Source of the DNA: Eledone cirrhosa | Lineage: Eukaryota | Assembly (NCBI GenBank): GCA_964016885.1 | Contig: OZ024741.1 | Span: 184,946,001-185,010,000, forward strand | Direction: 5' to 3' | Length of the DNA stretch: 64,000 bases | Position numbers and translations under genes: made by a program | Notes under the pieces: generated by a model | The model's database searches: none | What the model saw: the letters and a program-made list of their open reading frames with translations, nothing else | What the model was told of the DNA's origin: nothing | Part shown: positions 27,889 to 41,420 of the stretch, piece after piece | Layout: each line of letters opens with the position of its first letter | Numbering within the stretch: the first letter of the stretch is position 1

Positions 27889-29880
27889 TTACCTTACTTC
27901 TCGTAGGGGAAGGACGGTTTTTCCATCCTTTTCACTGCTTGTGGCCTCCTCAGGAAGGATGTCCTTATAAATCCTCCTGGAGAGTGCTTGTCGGAAGTCT
28001 CCGATGTCTTTGGGGAATTTTTGTTTTAGTGTCATGTACGTTTTCTGTGTGATGCGAGTGATTTGTATGTGTGGAGGTGGTGTGAATTTTGGGGTTGTTG
28101 TGTAGTCTTTTTCTGTGATGCTGGTGTTGTGTTGGATGTAGTGTAATAATTGCTTGTTGTTCAAATTTAATGCTGTGTAGTGTGTATCGTTTTGGTTGTT
28201 TTGTTTTGTTTGCGTTTGTTGTGGGTTTGTTTCTGTTTCGCATTTTGGTGACTTTTGTGGTGTAGGTGATGGTGGTGTTGGAGTTAATGATGGTGATGGT
28301 GTTGGTGTTTGGGTTGATGGGGTTGGTGATGCTGGTGTGGATGGTGGCATATCTGTCCTAACTTTTTTGTTTCTTAGTTTATTTGTTTCCCTCTGTATTT
28401 TGTTTTTGGAGGGGGAAGGAAGAGAATTTTTCTTTTTTGGTTTCTTTTTTTTTTTCCGGATATCGTTTCCCACTCCTCGTCGTCACAATCTGTCTCCAGT
28501 TGTGATAGGCCGGGGAGTGGAAAATCCTCCACAGCCGTTAGTTTTGGTTGTGGTGTGGTGGATGGTGTAGGCGCTGGTGCTAGTTCTGAAGCGTTGGGTG
28601 GTGGTGGTGTTGGTTTTGCTACTGTTGCTGGGGTTGTTGCTGCTATAGTTGCTTCTGTTGTTGCTGCTACAGTTGTTGCTGCCATCTCTGCTACTGGTGG
28701 TGTTGATGGTTGTGTCACTGGGGTGGGTAGGAGAGGTGGCCTCAACCTTTTAGCCTGACGGCAGAAAGCCCTTAGGTGGGTTCCTTCACCACAAACGACA
28801 CACCTAGGTCTTCTGCCCTCGACAATTACCGTGAGGTGGCTGCCGTCAGTGAGGTCTATTACCTCTGGGATCTCCTCAATGCTTTTTTGGTCCGCTTGGA
28901 TTAGGAGCTCCATCCCAGATCCGGACCAGTTTTCCTGCTTTTATTTTGCTATTGCTATTATTTTCGTGTTGGCTTCGATGCCGGCGAGGACAGCCGCTAT
29001 TAGCCAGGGAATTTCGATGGCCGGTGGAACGTGGGTCACCCTGATCTTTACGAGTCTCTGGCCACAATAGCTTGGGACGAGTGTGAAGTCGTCACTTTTT
29101 AATGGGGCCATGGAGTGTTCTCTAGCCTCCTCTGGTGTTTCAAAGAACACATCCACGGTTCCATACTTTTGCCCACGTCTGATGTGGGTTTTTCTTGCCC
29201 ATACATGTCCCAAAGCTTTTTGGATTTGGGACTCGGATGCCCGTTCCACTCGGCGCGATTTTACATTTATTGTTCTATACGACACGGTGCATAGGCGCCG
29301 ATGCTCCATTTTATTAGGAGGGGGGGAGGCTGGCCCTGTACCCATTTTTCTTTACCATTTGTTTGGCATTTTCTAAATCCTCTTGAGTTACCGTGAATGC
29401 TTCAAATTGTTTTGCTACTATGGCGAACCTGAGGGTCGGTTTTATAATGTCATTGTTGTTGTTGTTGCTATCGTTATTTGTGTTAATATTAATTTTAGTT
29501 TCAGTTGTTGTGGTGGTGACGTCAGTCGTCTTTGGTGCGGAAGAGTCCATTTTGCTTGATTTCATTTCGACATCACGAGTTAATTTATTTTTTTCTTCTT
29601 TTGTTTCTGTTGTCGCGGTGGTGGTGGGGGTGGTGGTTGTCGCGGTGGTGGTGGGGGTGGGGGTTGTCGCGGTGGTGGTGGTGGTGGAGGCTTTAACACC
29701 TGCAGTCATTGGTAATGGCGGGAAATGAATGTCTGCCTGAGACAAATTTAAAATATTGCTACTGCTTATATTTTTTTTTGTGTTGGCAAACGTAGTAACA
29801 TTTACAATGGTGGTGTCGGTGTGAGGTGTTATTTTGTGAGGAAGGCTTTCAGCTGCTTCGTGCAGAGGGGAATTAGCCAT
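27889..29880 (-). pseudogene. Tx1/L1 ORF1 (gag-like, CCHC knuckle), frameshifted
   Basis: VEGRRPRCVVCGEGTHLRAFC; pieces 29314-29880, 28941-29345, 28374-28913, 27889-28473 match copy 2. Confidence 0.8.
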
Positions 29881-30088
29881 TTTTTTTCAAAGAAATTTTT
29901 GGATAATAATAAAAGTTAAAATTTTGGGCACAAAGCCCCAATCTTTTTGGGTGTCCTTTTCGCAAAACAATGTATGTGTGTTTATAAACAGTTAACAATA
30001 ACATTTTCCATAGATGGCAATTTTTAACAAACGGAAATAACAAACCTTTGCGGAGCTCACGATGATACGATTTACTACGTAGGTCGCC

Positions 30089-30170
<82 letters not shown>

Positions 30171-31233
30171 GGGAAGAAGACGCACGAGGTGACGGAGGTC
30201 ATGAAATCGCTCCCGTAAGTTTTGAATTTTTAACATATTTAAATCATTTGTGAAATAACAACTCTTAGTACAAATGCTACGTAAAGCACCCGGCTTGAGC
30301 CCCAAAAAATTCGGACCCAAAATATATTGTTATAAGGCTCAAATATTCAAATATTCAACTTTGTATTGTACACTGTATATCCCCCCCAAAAAATGGCTAT
30401 AAATGGAAGAAGAAGAACCCCCCCCTCCTCTCCTCTGGCTACACTATATAGGACAGCTAAACTCACCAACACCAGAAACTAGATACACCACCCACCCCAT
30501 CATCTGTGTACACTAAACACAACAGCATTTTCACCTTCACCGCCACCGCTCACTACGGCCATCATTACCACCACTATCCCATCACCGCCGCCACCACCCC
30601 TTGACTCCTTCACTGCTGCTGCCACCGCTACAGCACCATCACTACAGTAATACGGTCGCATCACCGCCACCACTGCCTCGGTATCGACATCACCACCACC
30701 ACTGTCTCAGTATCGCCAACGCCGCCAGTCTCTGCTGGCTGCCACTTCCACATTATAGAATTCCTACTACTAACAAAGAGGAAGGCATCAAAATATATAG
30801 ATAGACTCAAAAGAAAAAAGAAAAAACAAACAACAAAACCAAAGCAGCACAGCAACAACAGCAAAAAACGAGAAAAACAAACAGAGAAAAACAAAAACAA
30901 AAAAAGAAACCCCCAAAACGTAAAGAAAATAAGAATGAAGAGAGAAGCAAGCGGACGGACAGAGAAGAGGGGGGAAAAAGTAAAACTTAAAAAACAAAAA
31001 CTAAGTCAGACATTCGAATACTACATTACAATGAAACTTATGCTTATTCATTTTTGGGGCCCTTTCTGCCCGTGTGTTTGTTTGTTTATGTGTGTTCGTA
31101 TACAGCGTGGTGATAATGCCACACAAGGGTCAAGTGGGATGGCGGATCCACAGATGGCTATGTAAACATACATTCGCCAATCCTCGATAAGAGTGTTTAA
31201 ATATCGAACATAAACAGTTCGAATAACGGTGAA

Positions 31234-34031
31234 ATGGAGACTAGAACGTCATGTGACAGACTCTCACCCAACAGGTGCCCCCTGGCTCAGCAGCAGGAAC
31301 CTGACTGTCAACCAAATACTGCTGATGTTGGAGGAAGAAGAAGAAGGAAAGGGGCCAGAACCAACTGGACGAAAGAATTGAATAGAACATGCAATGCTAC
31401 CTGAAAAGTAACCCCAAGGAGAGGGGCTACAGGAGACGGATGCATAACATCTGGAACGAGATTGGTTTATTTAAATTAGATGAACAAAAATTGGCCGGGC
31501 AGGCTCGGGTAATAAGAACTAATGGGTGGATAAGCGAGCTGGAACTGGAGGAACTGAGCAGAGAGAATGGCTTGGAGATGGCGGGTGTAGTATGCCAGAC
31601 AAGCGAGCCGGCGGGAAATGAAGGTGAGGAGGTCCTGAGAACGGAGGAACCACCCGAAGCAGACAATGATCTGAATACTGAGATAAATAATTGTTTCTAC
31701 TTTAGGCACAAGGCCAGCAATTACCCAGTGCATTACTGGTACTTTATTTTATCGACCCCGTAAGGATGAAAGGCAAAGTCAACCTCGGCGGGATTTGAAC
31801 TCAGATCGTAAAGGGACGTAACTATGCTGGAAAGCATGGCGTCCGACCCTCTACCGATACTGCCAATCCACCGCCCTGAGATAAATAATACCTGGAACAG
31901 AGATACGGCCACTGAGGAGATGAATGCTGACGGGCTAGGACAAGATTCGGTTGACATCCTAAATATAGTGGTAGATGAGTTGAACAATGATAGTGGGAGA
32001 CCTATGAACCTAAGATTTGTAGACAGGAAAAAGTTAAAAGAAACAACAGCTAAGGTAAACAAAGTCATCCCATACCTTGAGGCGAGGAGTCTTCACCAGT
32101 GCAACAATATCCTCAAAGCAACAGCAAATACGGTGAGGAAACTACTTGGTATAAAAGCGAGAGGAAACAACAGACAAGAAAGAGCAGAGCCGTGGTGGAA
32201 GAAGCGACTGAGTGGGCAAATCGGGGAAATGAGAAATGACATAGGAAAGCTTGAGTCACTACTGAATGGGACACTAAAAAACATAGGCACTAAAAATAGA
32301 CTGGAAATAAAATACAAAACTAGGAGTAAAAAGCTAAATATTATCATAGAGGAATTGAAGCAACGCATTGTAGCAAAGAGTGCCAAAATCAGGCGATACG
32401 AGAACAGAGTCAGTCAGTATAAACAGAACCGCATGTTCGACAACAACCTGAAGATGCTGTTTGGACAGCTTGAGGGGAAAGAAAGAGGCAACGACTTGAT
32501 CCCTGGGGCGGAACAAGCTAAAACATTCTGGAGAGGAATATGGGAGCAGGATGTTAGACACAATGCCCAGGCAGGGTGGATTGAGACAGTACAGAGGGAG
32601 ATCGGTGAGCAGGCACAACAACAGACTGATTTGAGTATCACAGTTGAAACTCTTAAGGGGCAAGCCAAAAAACTAACCAACTGGAAATCACCAGGCCCAG
32701 ATGGTGTGCAGGGGTATTGGATTAAACATTTAACATCCCTCCACCCGAAGCTGACGGCCATGTTCAATGACTGCTTGGTGTCGGGTGAGGTGCCAGAGTG
32801 GTTGACAAAAGGTACCACAGTTCTGATAATGAAAGACCGAATCAAGGGTAATGATGTTACCAACTATAGACCTATCACATGTCTGCCCGTAATGTGGAAA
32901 CTGTTGACGAGCATTGTGTCTGAGGAAATCTACCATCACCTCCACACAAACAACTTGTTACCGGACGAACAGAAAGGATGCCGAAAGAAGTCACGTGGTA
33001 CAAAGGACCAGTTGCTTATTGATAAGATGGTAATGGGGAATTGCAGGAGGAGACACACTGATCTTGCCATGGGATGGATAGACTACAGAAAGGCATTTGA
33101 CATGGTGCCTCATTCCTGGATCACCAAAAGCCTGGAGATCTTCAGGGTGGCAGATAACATCAGACAGTTGCTGGACAGGAGTATGGGGTCCTGGGAGACA
33201 GAGTTGACATCAACTGGAGTATCCTTGGGAAGCGTGAAGATCAAGAGAGGTATCTTCCAGGGAGATAGCCTGTCCCCTCTGTTGTTTGTCCTTGCCCTGA
33301 TGCCCTTGACCATTATGCTGCGAAAAGTGAGAGCAGGATACAAGTTGGGAAGGGGAGAGCTTACCATCAATCACCTCCTCTTCATGGACGATCTTAAGCT
33401 CTTCGGGAAAAGTGAGAAGGAGTTGGATGTGCTTGTTGACACTGTCCGTATTTTCAGCAGTGATATATGTATGCAGTTTGGTATTGGTAAATGTGGAGTC
33501 ATTGTGATGAGGAGGGGTAGGTTGAGCAGAAGTAACGGGATCCAGATACCAACAGGTGAGATGATAAAGGAAATTGACTCTGAGGAAGGATACAAGTATT
33601 TGGGCGTTCTGGAGGCTGATGGCATAAACAACAAAAAAATGAAGGAATTGTTAAGAACTGAATACATTCGGAGAGTAAGGAGCGTATTGAAGTCACATCT
33701 GAACAGCAGAAATGCCATAAGCGCAGTAAATTCCCGAGCTGTGTCTATTATTAGGTACAGTGCGGCAATTCTGAGATGGAATGTTGCTGAACAAAAAGAA
33801 ATGGATAGGAAGACTAGGAAGATATTGACTATCTACAACATGTTCCACAAGAGGAGTGATGTCGATAGACTCTACCTAAGGAGATCTGAGGGTGGAAGAG
33901 GTCTTATCAGCATAGAGGACTGTGTTCAGATGGAGAAAAACAACCTATACAAATACGTGACCTATAGTAAGGAGCCAATGCTCAGAGCTGTACTGAAGGA
34001 GGGGACAGTAGGCCAGGGGATATCCAAGGAG
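31234..34031 (+). pseudogene. R4/Dong reverse transcriptase ORF (frameshift ~31390, SINE insertion, RLE domain lost)
   Basis: RTNWTKELN, CY..S.P..RGYRRRMH.IW, EPWWKKRL, WKSPGPDG, YRPITCL, DYRKAFD, GIFQGDSLSP, FMDD, YKYLG. Confidence 0.9.
31688..31877 (-). mobile_element. SINE family A, full length, inserted in the Dong ORF
   Basis: TSD ctgagataaataa (31678-31690 / 31876-31888); A and B boxes. Confidence 0.92.
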
Positions 34032-36784
34032 TTTCCACCGATCACATTGCCCGATTGGTCGAGGGCTGTGAGCGCCTGAAGACATTCCAGTCTCCAGGCG
34101 CTCCCTCTCGGTCTTCGCTTGACCCAGGACTGCAGCTCCGTCAAGGAAACGAGCTGGGGAAATACGTGTCTAGCAAACGGCGACCACACCTGATCACCGT
34201 CGAGGAAGAGGTGGAGATGTCGTAGCCTGAGCGCGTGCCTGCGCATCATCAGCCACGGCATGCCCAGCCCTCCACGTAGCGGGTGTTGACAACAGATGGA
34301 CCGCCTGACCATCGGAGCGCGTCCCTTCCGAAAGAGCAAACGCTCCAGCGCAGTCAGGCGAGGCTTAGGACAAGGTACGACGGTCAGGCGGTAGCAGATG
34401 ACAGACGCGATGTACGCGTTAGCCACCTCCGCTCGACCTTTCAGGGATAGCTTCCTCTGCGCCCATTTCTGGGTGAGAGAAGCCACCCTGCTCGTCACCT
34501 CATCCCAGTTTTTGTCCGTCTGGAGGTCCGGACCGAACCAGACCCCTAGCAATTTAACCGGTCCGTCCATCCAGCGTCCGACGACGCTGTTGGACGGCAT
34601 GGACCTGCCTCTCCAGGTACCGAGCTGCAGGCCCACTGACTTTTCCTGATTGATCATTGCTCCTGTCACCGCTTCGTATTCTCCTAGTGTAGTGCCGATC
34701 GCCTCGATGTGTTTGGCGTTCGACACCACTACGGTGACATCGTCCGCATATGCTGACACGGATCTTCCGCATCCTGGTTCGCCCGGGACCCCCCTCAACG
34801 TCTCCAGTTTGTGCAGTATAGCTCGACAGTCAATACGTACAAGAGGGACGAGAGGGGACATCCTTGGCGGACCGAGCGCATGATGTTGAACGGTTCCGAA
34901 AGGTGACCGTTCACTCTCACCACAGAGCGAAATGTCGCTGTGCATGGCAGCGATCCGGCCTCTGAAGACGGGCACAAAGCCAGCGGCCCTCAAGACTGCC
35001 TCTAGGTAACGATGGTCGACCCTATTGAAAGCTTTCGACTGATCTAAATTGATCAAGGACCCACCCGTGCCAGCTTCCCTAGCTACCCTCTCTACGATGT
35101 ATCGCATGAGGTGGAGGTTGTCGTGGATGGATCTGTCGGGAATGGCATACGTCTGCGCCACTCCCACCAGACCACCAACGACAAGCGCCAACATCTTTGC
35201 TAGCACCTTGGCCAAAATCTTGAACTCTGTGTTTAGCAGAGTTATGGGCCTGAAATTATCTATGTTATCCCCCTTGTTCGGATCCTTTCTCAGCAGCGCC
35301 ACAGCTCCTCGGCTCACAGAGTTGGGAATTCTCCCGTTCTGTTGCCAGTTGCAGTAGACGTCCGCCAAGAGGCCTCCGAACAAGTTTCGCATCTGTACGT
35401 AAAGTTCATAGGACAGACCATCCAAACCAGGCGATTTACCCCTTGTACAGCCAGTCATTGCCTCCCGTACTTCAGCGGCTGTTATCGGCTTTTCGCAACA
35501 CTCCGCCTCAGTGGCCGAGAGCACCGGCAGTCCGTCGAGGTAGACACTAAAGTTCATCCCTCGATCCGGCCCGCCGCTGCCCCCGAACAGCTGTGCGAAG
35601 TGTCGCTGAAAAGCTTCACACATTTGCCCGGGATCGAGTAGCATGCGCCCGTCGTAGTCCACCAAAGACAGGATCGTGGCTTTGTTTCCACGACACGCCT
35701 CCGCCAGTCGGGCCCATTGAACGGCTTTCGTCCCCTCGTGTCTGAGAGCACGCACCCTAGCTCTAACAACGCAGCCTTCGTGCTTTGCATTGAAGAATTG
35801 GTCAAGGGCCAATTTTGCCGCAAGTACGTCGGTTGGGATGCCTTTGCTAAGCGCCTCGTCTAATTTTCTAACTGCTCTATTTTTCTCTATTGATAAAGCC
35901 TTACTAAACCTAATGGACTCTATTCTAATTGCTCTTTTCAGACCAAACCACCACTTGTTGTTGACGATGGCCCCCGTCAACGCCCGCTTAACTAGTTCGC
36001 TAATCCTGTCTCTGTAGGTCTTGAGCGCGGGTAAGGATGCGTTTAGCTTCCAGTAGCCGGGTCCTCGTCTATGAAGCCTATCTAAGCCAAGCACACAGAT
36101 CACGAATTTGTGGTCCGTGTAGCTGACTATCTTGAATTGTGGACAGCCTATGCTAGACCTATCTATTTCCAAAAAACCCTACCTGGATATGATTTGGATG
36201 ACCCTATGCGATTTGTCCAAGTCCACATTGGCACATTCGGGAAATCCAATCGGTACCTGTCAGACTGTTCAAAACGCCTGAGCAGGTTGGTGAGGTTTTT
36301 GCACAATCCTCCCTATCCGCTGATCCCACACAGTCCCAGCCTACATCTAAAATCCCGTTCCAGTCGCCCACTAACACTAAAGAGGTGAACGTTCCAAGGA
36401 AGGTATCCAGACGCCGGAAAAAATCAGGCCGCCCTCCTCCTGTCGGGGCATAGACGGCCACTAGCATCAAAGCTTGCCCGTCTCCGCTGGTCACATCTAG
36501 CACCACCAACTTACCTTTTGGGTCCAGGAAGATAGCCCGTATGGTGAGATCCAAAACTCTCCGAAAAAGCACAGCAACTCCTCCCTCAGATCCCGGACGG
36601 CTGGGAGATGCGTACCCACGTAGCCGCCGAAGATCGTTGCGAAGGCCCGTGCTTCGGAGATTCTGGTCTCGCTGATGGCCACTACATCTATGTTTAGTGA
36701 CGTGAGGTCGTTGAGCAGGTGGCCCTGCTTCCATGACGACTCCAATCCACGCGCATTTATGCTGCCTATTCTGAGTGAGGTCAT
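34028..36784 (-). pseudogene. Tx1 copy 2 ORF2 (APE-RT), frameshifted and truncated
   Basis: MTSLRIGSINARGL, GDWN, YWKLN, YADD. Confidence 0.9.
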
Positions 36785-36818
36785 ATTGAAATGGAGTGGA
36801 AAAGATGGGAAAGACCAC

Positions 36819-38939
36819 TTACCTTACTTCTCGTTGAGGAAGGATGGTTTCTCCATCCTTTTCACTGCTTGTGGCCTCCTCCGGAAGGATGTCCTTATAA
36901 ATCCTCCTGGAGAGTGTTTGTCGGAAGTCTCCGATGTCTTTGGGGAATTTTTGTTTTAGTGTCGTGTACGTTTTCTGTGTGATGCGAGTGATTTGTATGT
37001 GTGGAGGTGGTGTGAACTTTTGGGGTTGTTGTCTAGTCTTTTTCTGTGATGCTGGTGTTGTGTTGGATGTAGTGTAATAATTGGTTGGTGTTCAAATTTA
37101 ATTATTTCTACTTTAGGCACAAGGCCAGCAATTACCCAGTGCATTACTGGTACTTTATTTTATCGACCCTGTAAGGATGAAAGGCAAAGTCAATCTCGGC
37201 GGGATTTGAACTCAGATCGTAAAGGGACGTAACTATGCTGGAAAACATGGCGTCCGACTCTCTACCGATACTGTTCAAATTTAATGCTGTGTAGTGTGTA
37301 TCGTTTTGGTTGTTTTGTTTTGTTTGCGTTTGTTGTGGGTTTGTTTCTGTTTCGCTTTTTGGTGACTTTTGTGGTGTTGGTGATGGTGGTGTTGGGGTTA
37401 ATGATGGTGATGGTGTTGGTGTTTGTGGTGATGGGGTTGGTGATGCTGGTGTAGATGGTGGTATATCTGTCCTAAGTTTTTTGTTTGATAATTTATTTGT
37501 TTCCATCTGTATTTTGTTTTTGGAGGGGGAGGGAAGAGAATTTTTTCTTTTTTGATTTCTTTTTTTCTTTTTTCCTGATACCGTTTCCCACTCCTCGTCG
37601 TCACAATCTGTCTCCAGTTGTGATAGGCCGGGGAGTGGAAAATACTCCACAGGTGTTGGTTTTGGTTGTGGCGTGGTGAATGGTGTAGGCGCTGGTACTT
37701 GTTCTGGCGCGTTGGGTGGTGGTGGTGGTGGTGGTGGTGTTGGTTTTGCTACTGTTGCTGGGGTTGTTGCTGTTACAGTTGCTTCTGTTGTTGCTGCTAC
37801 AGTTGTTGCTGCCATCTCTGCTGCTGGTGGTGTTGATGGTTGAGTCACTGGGGTGGGTAAGAGAGGTGGCCTCAACCTTTTAGCCTGAGGGCAGAAAGCC
37901 CTTAGATGGGTTCCTTCACCACAGACGACACACCTAGACCTTCTGCCCTCGACGATTACGGTGAGGTGGCTGCCGTCAGGGAGGTCTATTACCGCTGGTA
38001 TCTCCTCAATGCTTTTTTGGTCCGCTTGGATCAGGAGCTCCATCCCTGATCCGGACGTTTCTCCTGCTTTTCTTTCGCTATTTCGATTATCTTGGTGTTG
38101 GCTTCGATGCCGGCGAGGACAGCAGCTATTAGCCAGGGAATTTCGATGGCCGGTGGAACGTGGGTGACCCTGATCTTTACGAGTCTCTGGCCACAATAGC
38201 TTGGGACGAGTGTGAAGTCGTCACTTCTTAATGGGGCCATGGAGTGTTCTCTAGCATCCTGTGGTGTTTCAAAGAACACGTCCACGGTTCCATATTTCTG
38301 CCCACGTCTGATGTGGGTTTTTTTTGTCCACACATGTCCCAAAGCTTTTTGGATTTGAGACTCGGATGCCCGTTCCACTCGGTGCGATTTTATATTAATT
38401 GTTCGATAAGACACGGTGTATAGGCGTCGATGCTCCATTTTATTAGGTGGGTGGGTGAGGTTGACACTGTACCCATCTTTCTTTACCATTTTTTTGGCTT
38501 CTTCTAATTCCTCCTGAGTTACCTGAAATGCTTCGCACTCTTTTGCTACTCTGGCAAAACTCAGGGTGGTTTTCTTAATTTCATTGTTGCTGTTGTTGTT
38601 ATCGTTATTTTTGTTATTATTAATTTTAGTTTCAGTTGTGGTGGTGGTGGCGTCGGTGGTGTTCGGTGTGGAAGAGTTCATTTTGGTTGAATTCATTTCG
38701 ATATCACGAGTTAATTTATTTTTTTCTTTTGTTTCTGTTGTCGTTGTGTTGGTGGTGGGGGTCGCGGCTTTAACACCTGCAGTTATTGGTAATGGCGGGA
38801 AATGAGTGTCTACCTGAGACAAATTTAAAATATTGCTACTACTTATATTTTTAGTGTTGGCAAACGTAGTAATATTTACAATGGTGGTGTCGGTGTGAGG
38901 TGTTAGTATGTGAGGAAGGAGTGACTCTGAGTCATCCAT
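36819..38939 (-). pseudogene. Tx1 copy 2 ORF1, frameshifted and SINE-interrupted
   Basis: VEGRRSRCVVCGEGTHLRAFC; homologous to copy 1 ORF1. Confidence 0.8.
37101..37272 (-). mobile_element. SINE family A, 5'-truncated, inserted in Tx1 ORF1
   Basis: TSD tgttcaaatttaat (37089-37102 / 37272-37285); empty site visible in copy 1 near 28160. Confidence 0.92.
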
Positions 38940-39154
38940 GATTTTTCAAAGAAAAATTTTTGTTTGATAATTATAAAAGTTTAAATTTTGGGCTCAAGGC
39001 GCCAATCTTTTTGGGTGTCCTTTTCAGATAACAATGCATGTGCACTTATATACAGTTAACAATAAAAAAAATTCCATGAATGGCAATTTTAAACAACTGA
39101 AAATAACAAACCTTTGCGGAGCTCACGATGATACGATTTACTACGTAGGTCGCC

Positions 39155-39253
<99 letters not shown>

Positions 39254-39416
39254 AAGAAGAAGAAGAAGAAGAAGAAGAAGAAGAAGAAGAAGAAGAAACC
39301 ATATAACAATATCACGCATATTAGGTTTATGTGTGTAATAGTTTATCTGAAAAAAGTTACGAATATGTGGATGTATTCGAGCGCGCGCACTCACACACAC
39401 ACACACACACACACAT

Positions 39417-39502
<86 letters not shown>

Positions 39503-39521
39503 GCACACATATATATATATA

Positions 39522-40068
39522 TAATGAAGGAAATGTGGTACAGAACTAGATGGACCATAACGCACCAAAGTACTCAATACTTAGGGTAGTAAAGTGGGTA
39601 ATAGGAACGAGTAGGACCCCGACGGCTGAGCTCAAGCCGTTTCGACGGCTAATTGTGGACTAAATGAACATTTTTATCCTGGTAAATGAATAGCCGAGCT
39701 TCTCAGGGGGTAATATTCCATATATGGTAAAATGATTGTCACAAGGATTGGTCAAAAGTTTGTTGTTGAGACACATAATTCTATCATTGCATTTTTGGGA
39801 AGGAAGGGGTAGCTGAACTTCCCAGTAGAAGAAAGAGGGAGAGGGAGTGGAGGAAACCCAGTCGTGCGTTGAAAGTGACGACTACAGCAGAATCCTAAGG
39901 ATAAGAGGTCAAGAGGGGGAGAGGGGGAGGAATTCGAAACAATAAGTAGATCTATATGGAGTAAATCTATATAGAAAAATAAGAATGTTAAACATATAAA
40001 AACACACAATTTCTGGTTACTATTCCCCTACTACAATCATCAAATCTCTCACTAGACTATAGAAAAGT
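39522..40068 (-). mobile_element. Longer H190-family copy containing a degenerate full HHR (39616-39711); far boundary uncertain
   Basis: Minus strand: acccc-CTGAGAA..cggcta...tagccg.-GAAACggct(tgagctc)agccGTC-ggggt; TA-flanked. Confidence 0.6.
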
Positions 40069-40102
40069 ATATATATATATATATATATATTTAAATAAAT
40101 AT

Positions 40103-40218
<116 letters not shown>

Positions 40219-40789
40219 CCGTATAATAAACCAGATATTGCGGTCTCAAAATTTCCTGTGTTACATATCTACTCTATCAGTTGAAGGGAATTGCTATAGA
40301 GAAGCCCTCTAATCATCAATATATATAGTCTATATTTCATAAGAAGCTATATATTAAATTAATCTTGCATCATACACATTGCTATATATTATGGATGCAA
40401 TATTTTTTTTAATTTGTCAAAATTAGAGTACTTTATAATGTTAATTCGTTTAACGTTCATATCAATCAGGTATATAGCCAGAACTAATCATATCAAATAT
40501 CGTAAAAACATATTGAATGTGGGTATGAGTGAAAATGATTCCTTACTGGTTGTATTTTTGCTGGCGTAACTCAAATTTTTATTAAATTTTCTGCAGAAGG
40601 AAATCATGGAATTGTAAATTTGCATTTTCAAGTAGGTGAACCCATGAATTATTCATCTTCTTCATAAACTACTATGATATCTTGGAATACATATATATTA
40701 CTGTAATGGTATACTGCAGTTCATATTTCAAAATATGAATTTCAGTTTATATTCCAATCGTTTTCATATTAATCAGAAAAAATATACTA

Positions 40790-40867
<78 letters not shown>

Positions 40868-41181
40868 CAGAAGCAGCCGTAGTAGTAGAATGTATAGTGC
40901 TGCCTGGTGACAGTGGTCGTAGTGGGAGGTGGTGGTAGTGACGCTGAAGTTGCCACCACTAGCCTCGGTAACCAAATCAACCACTAAAACATCAATACAT
41001 CCCTCTCTAACAGTAAAGTCTACTCTCGGGTCCCAGATAATAAGGGAAAGTGTGTGTGTGGGGGGGGGGGGGTAAACAGGGGGTTGGATATTTGCTTAAA
41101 TTCTTATAAGCGAGGAATAAACGGTGGATTTGGGAAATCGGTAATTGTATAGTGTCTAAAGTCTAAAGTCTGTCTTAAGCC

Positions 41182-41420
41182 AGAAGGCTCATTTGGTCGG
41201 TGCTTAACCCGGTGTCATGGTGTGAAGCGACTGAGAGTACAAGACGCCAGTCCATTGCAAGGTTAAAGCCTCAGCTATTGCTGGTACTCATTTTCAGCTG
41301 AGTATACTGGAGCAGTGTGAAATGAAGTGTTTTACTGAGGAAAACAACACGCTACCCAGGATTCGAACCCACGAAATTATGATCGTAAGTCCAACACCCT
41401 ACCACTAGGACACGTGCCTC
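41182..41420 (-). mobile_element. tRNA-derived SINE family B
   Basis: B box GGTTCGAATCC; ctccagtatactcagctgaaaatgagtaccagc shared with 45350-45578. Confidence 0.8.

Larger units (their letters stand above)
24184..30088 (-). mobile_element. Full-length Tx1/L1-type LINE (copy 1) in (ATT)n
   Basis: ORF1 + APE-RT ORF2; 3' AATAAA followed by (ATT)n; 5' end GGCGACCTACGTAG abuts (TTA)n. Confidence 0.92.
30171..34031 (+). mobile_element. R4/Dong-type LINE, 3' end deleted; 5' boundary uncertain
   Basis: Begins after (AAT)n 30089-30170; 33897-34031 is nearly identical to 23157-23290. Confidence 0.8.
34028..39154 (-). mobile_element. Tx1/L1-type LINE (copy 2), intact 5' end, 3' end deleted
   Basis: Homologous to 25071-30088; same 5' nucleotide; followed by (AAT)n(AAG)n. 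Confidence 0.92.

Noticed and set aside
31824-31877. ATG start of the 751-aa RT ORF
   Set aside because: Lies in the antisense SINE insertion; the real ORF start is near 31234
33962-34079. Functional overlapping gene pair or novel fusion protein
   Set aside because: Explained by a deletion junction between two damaged LINEs
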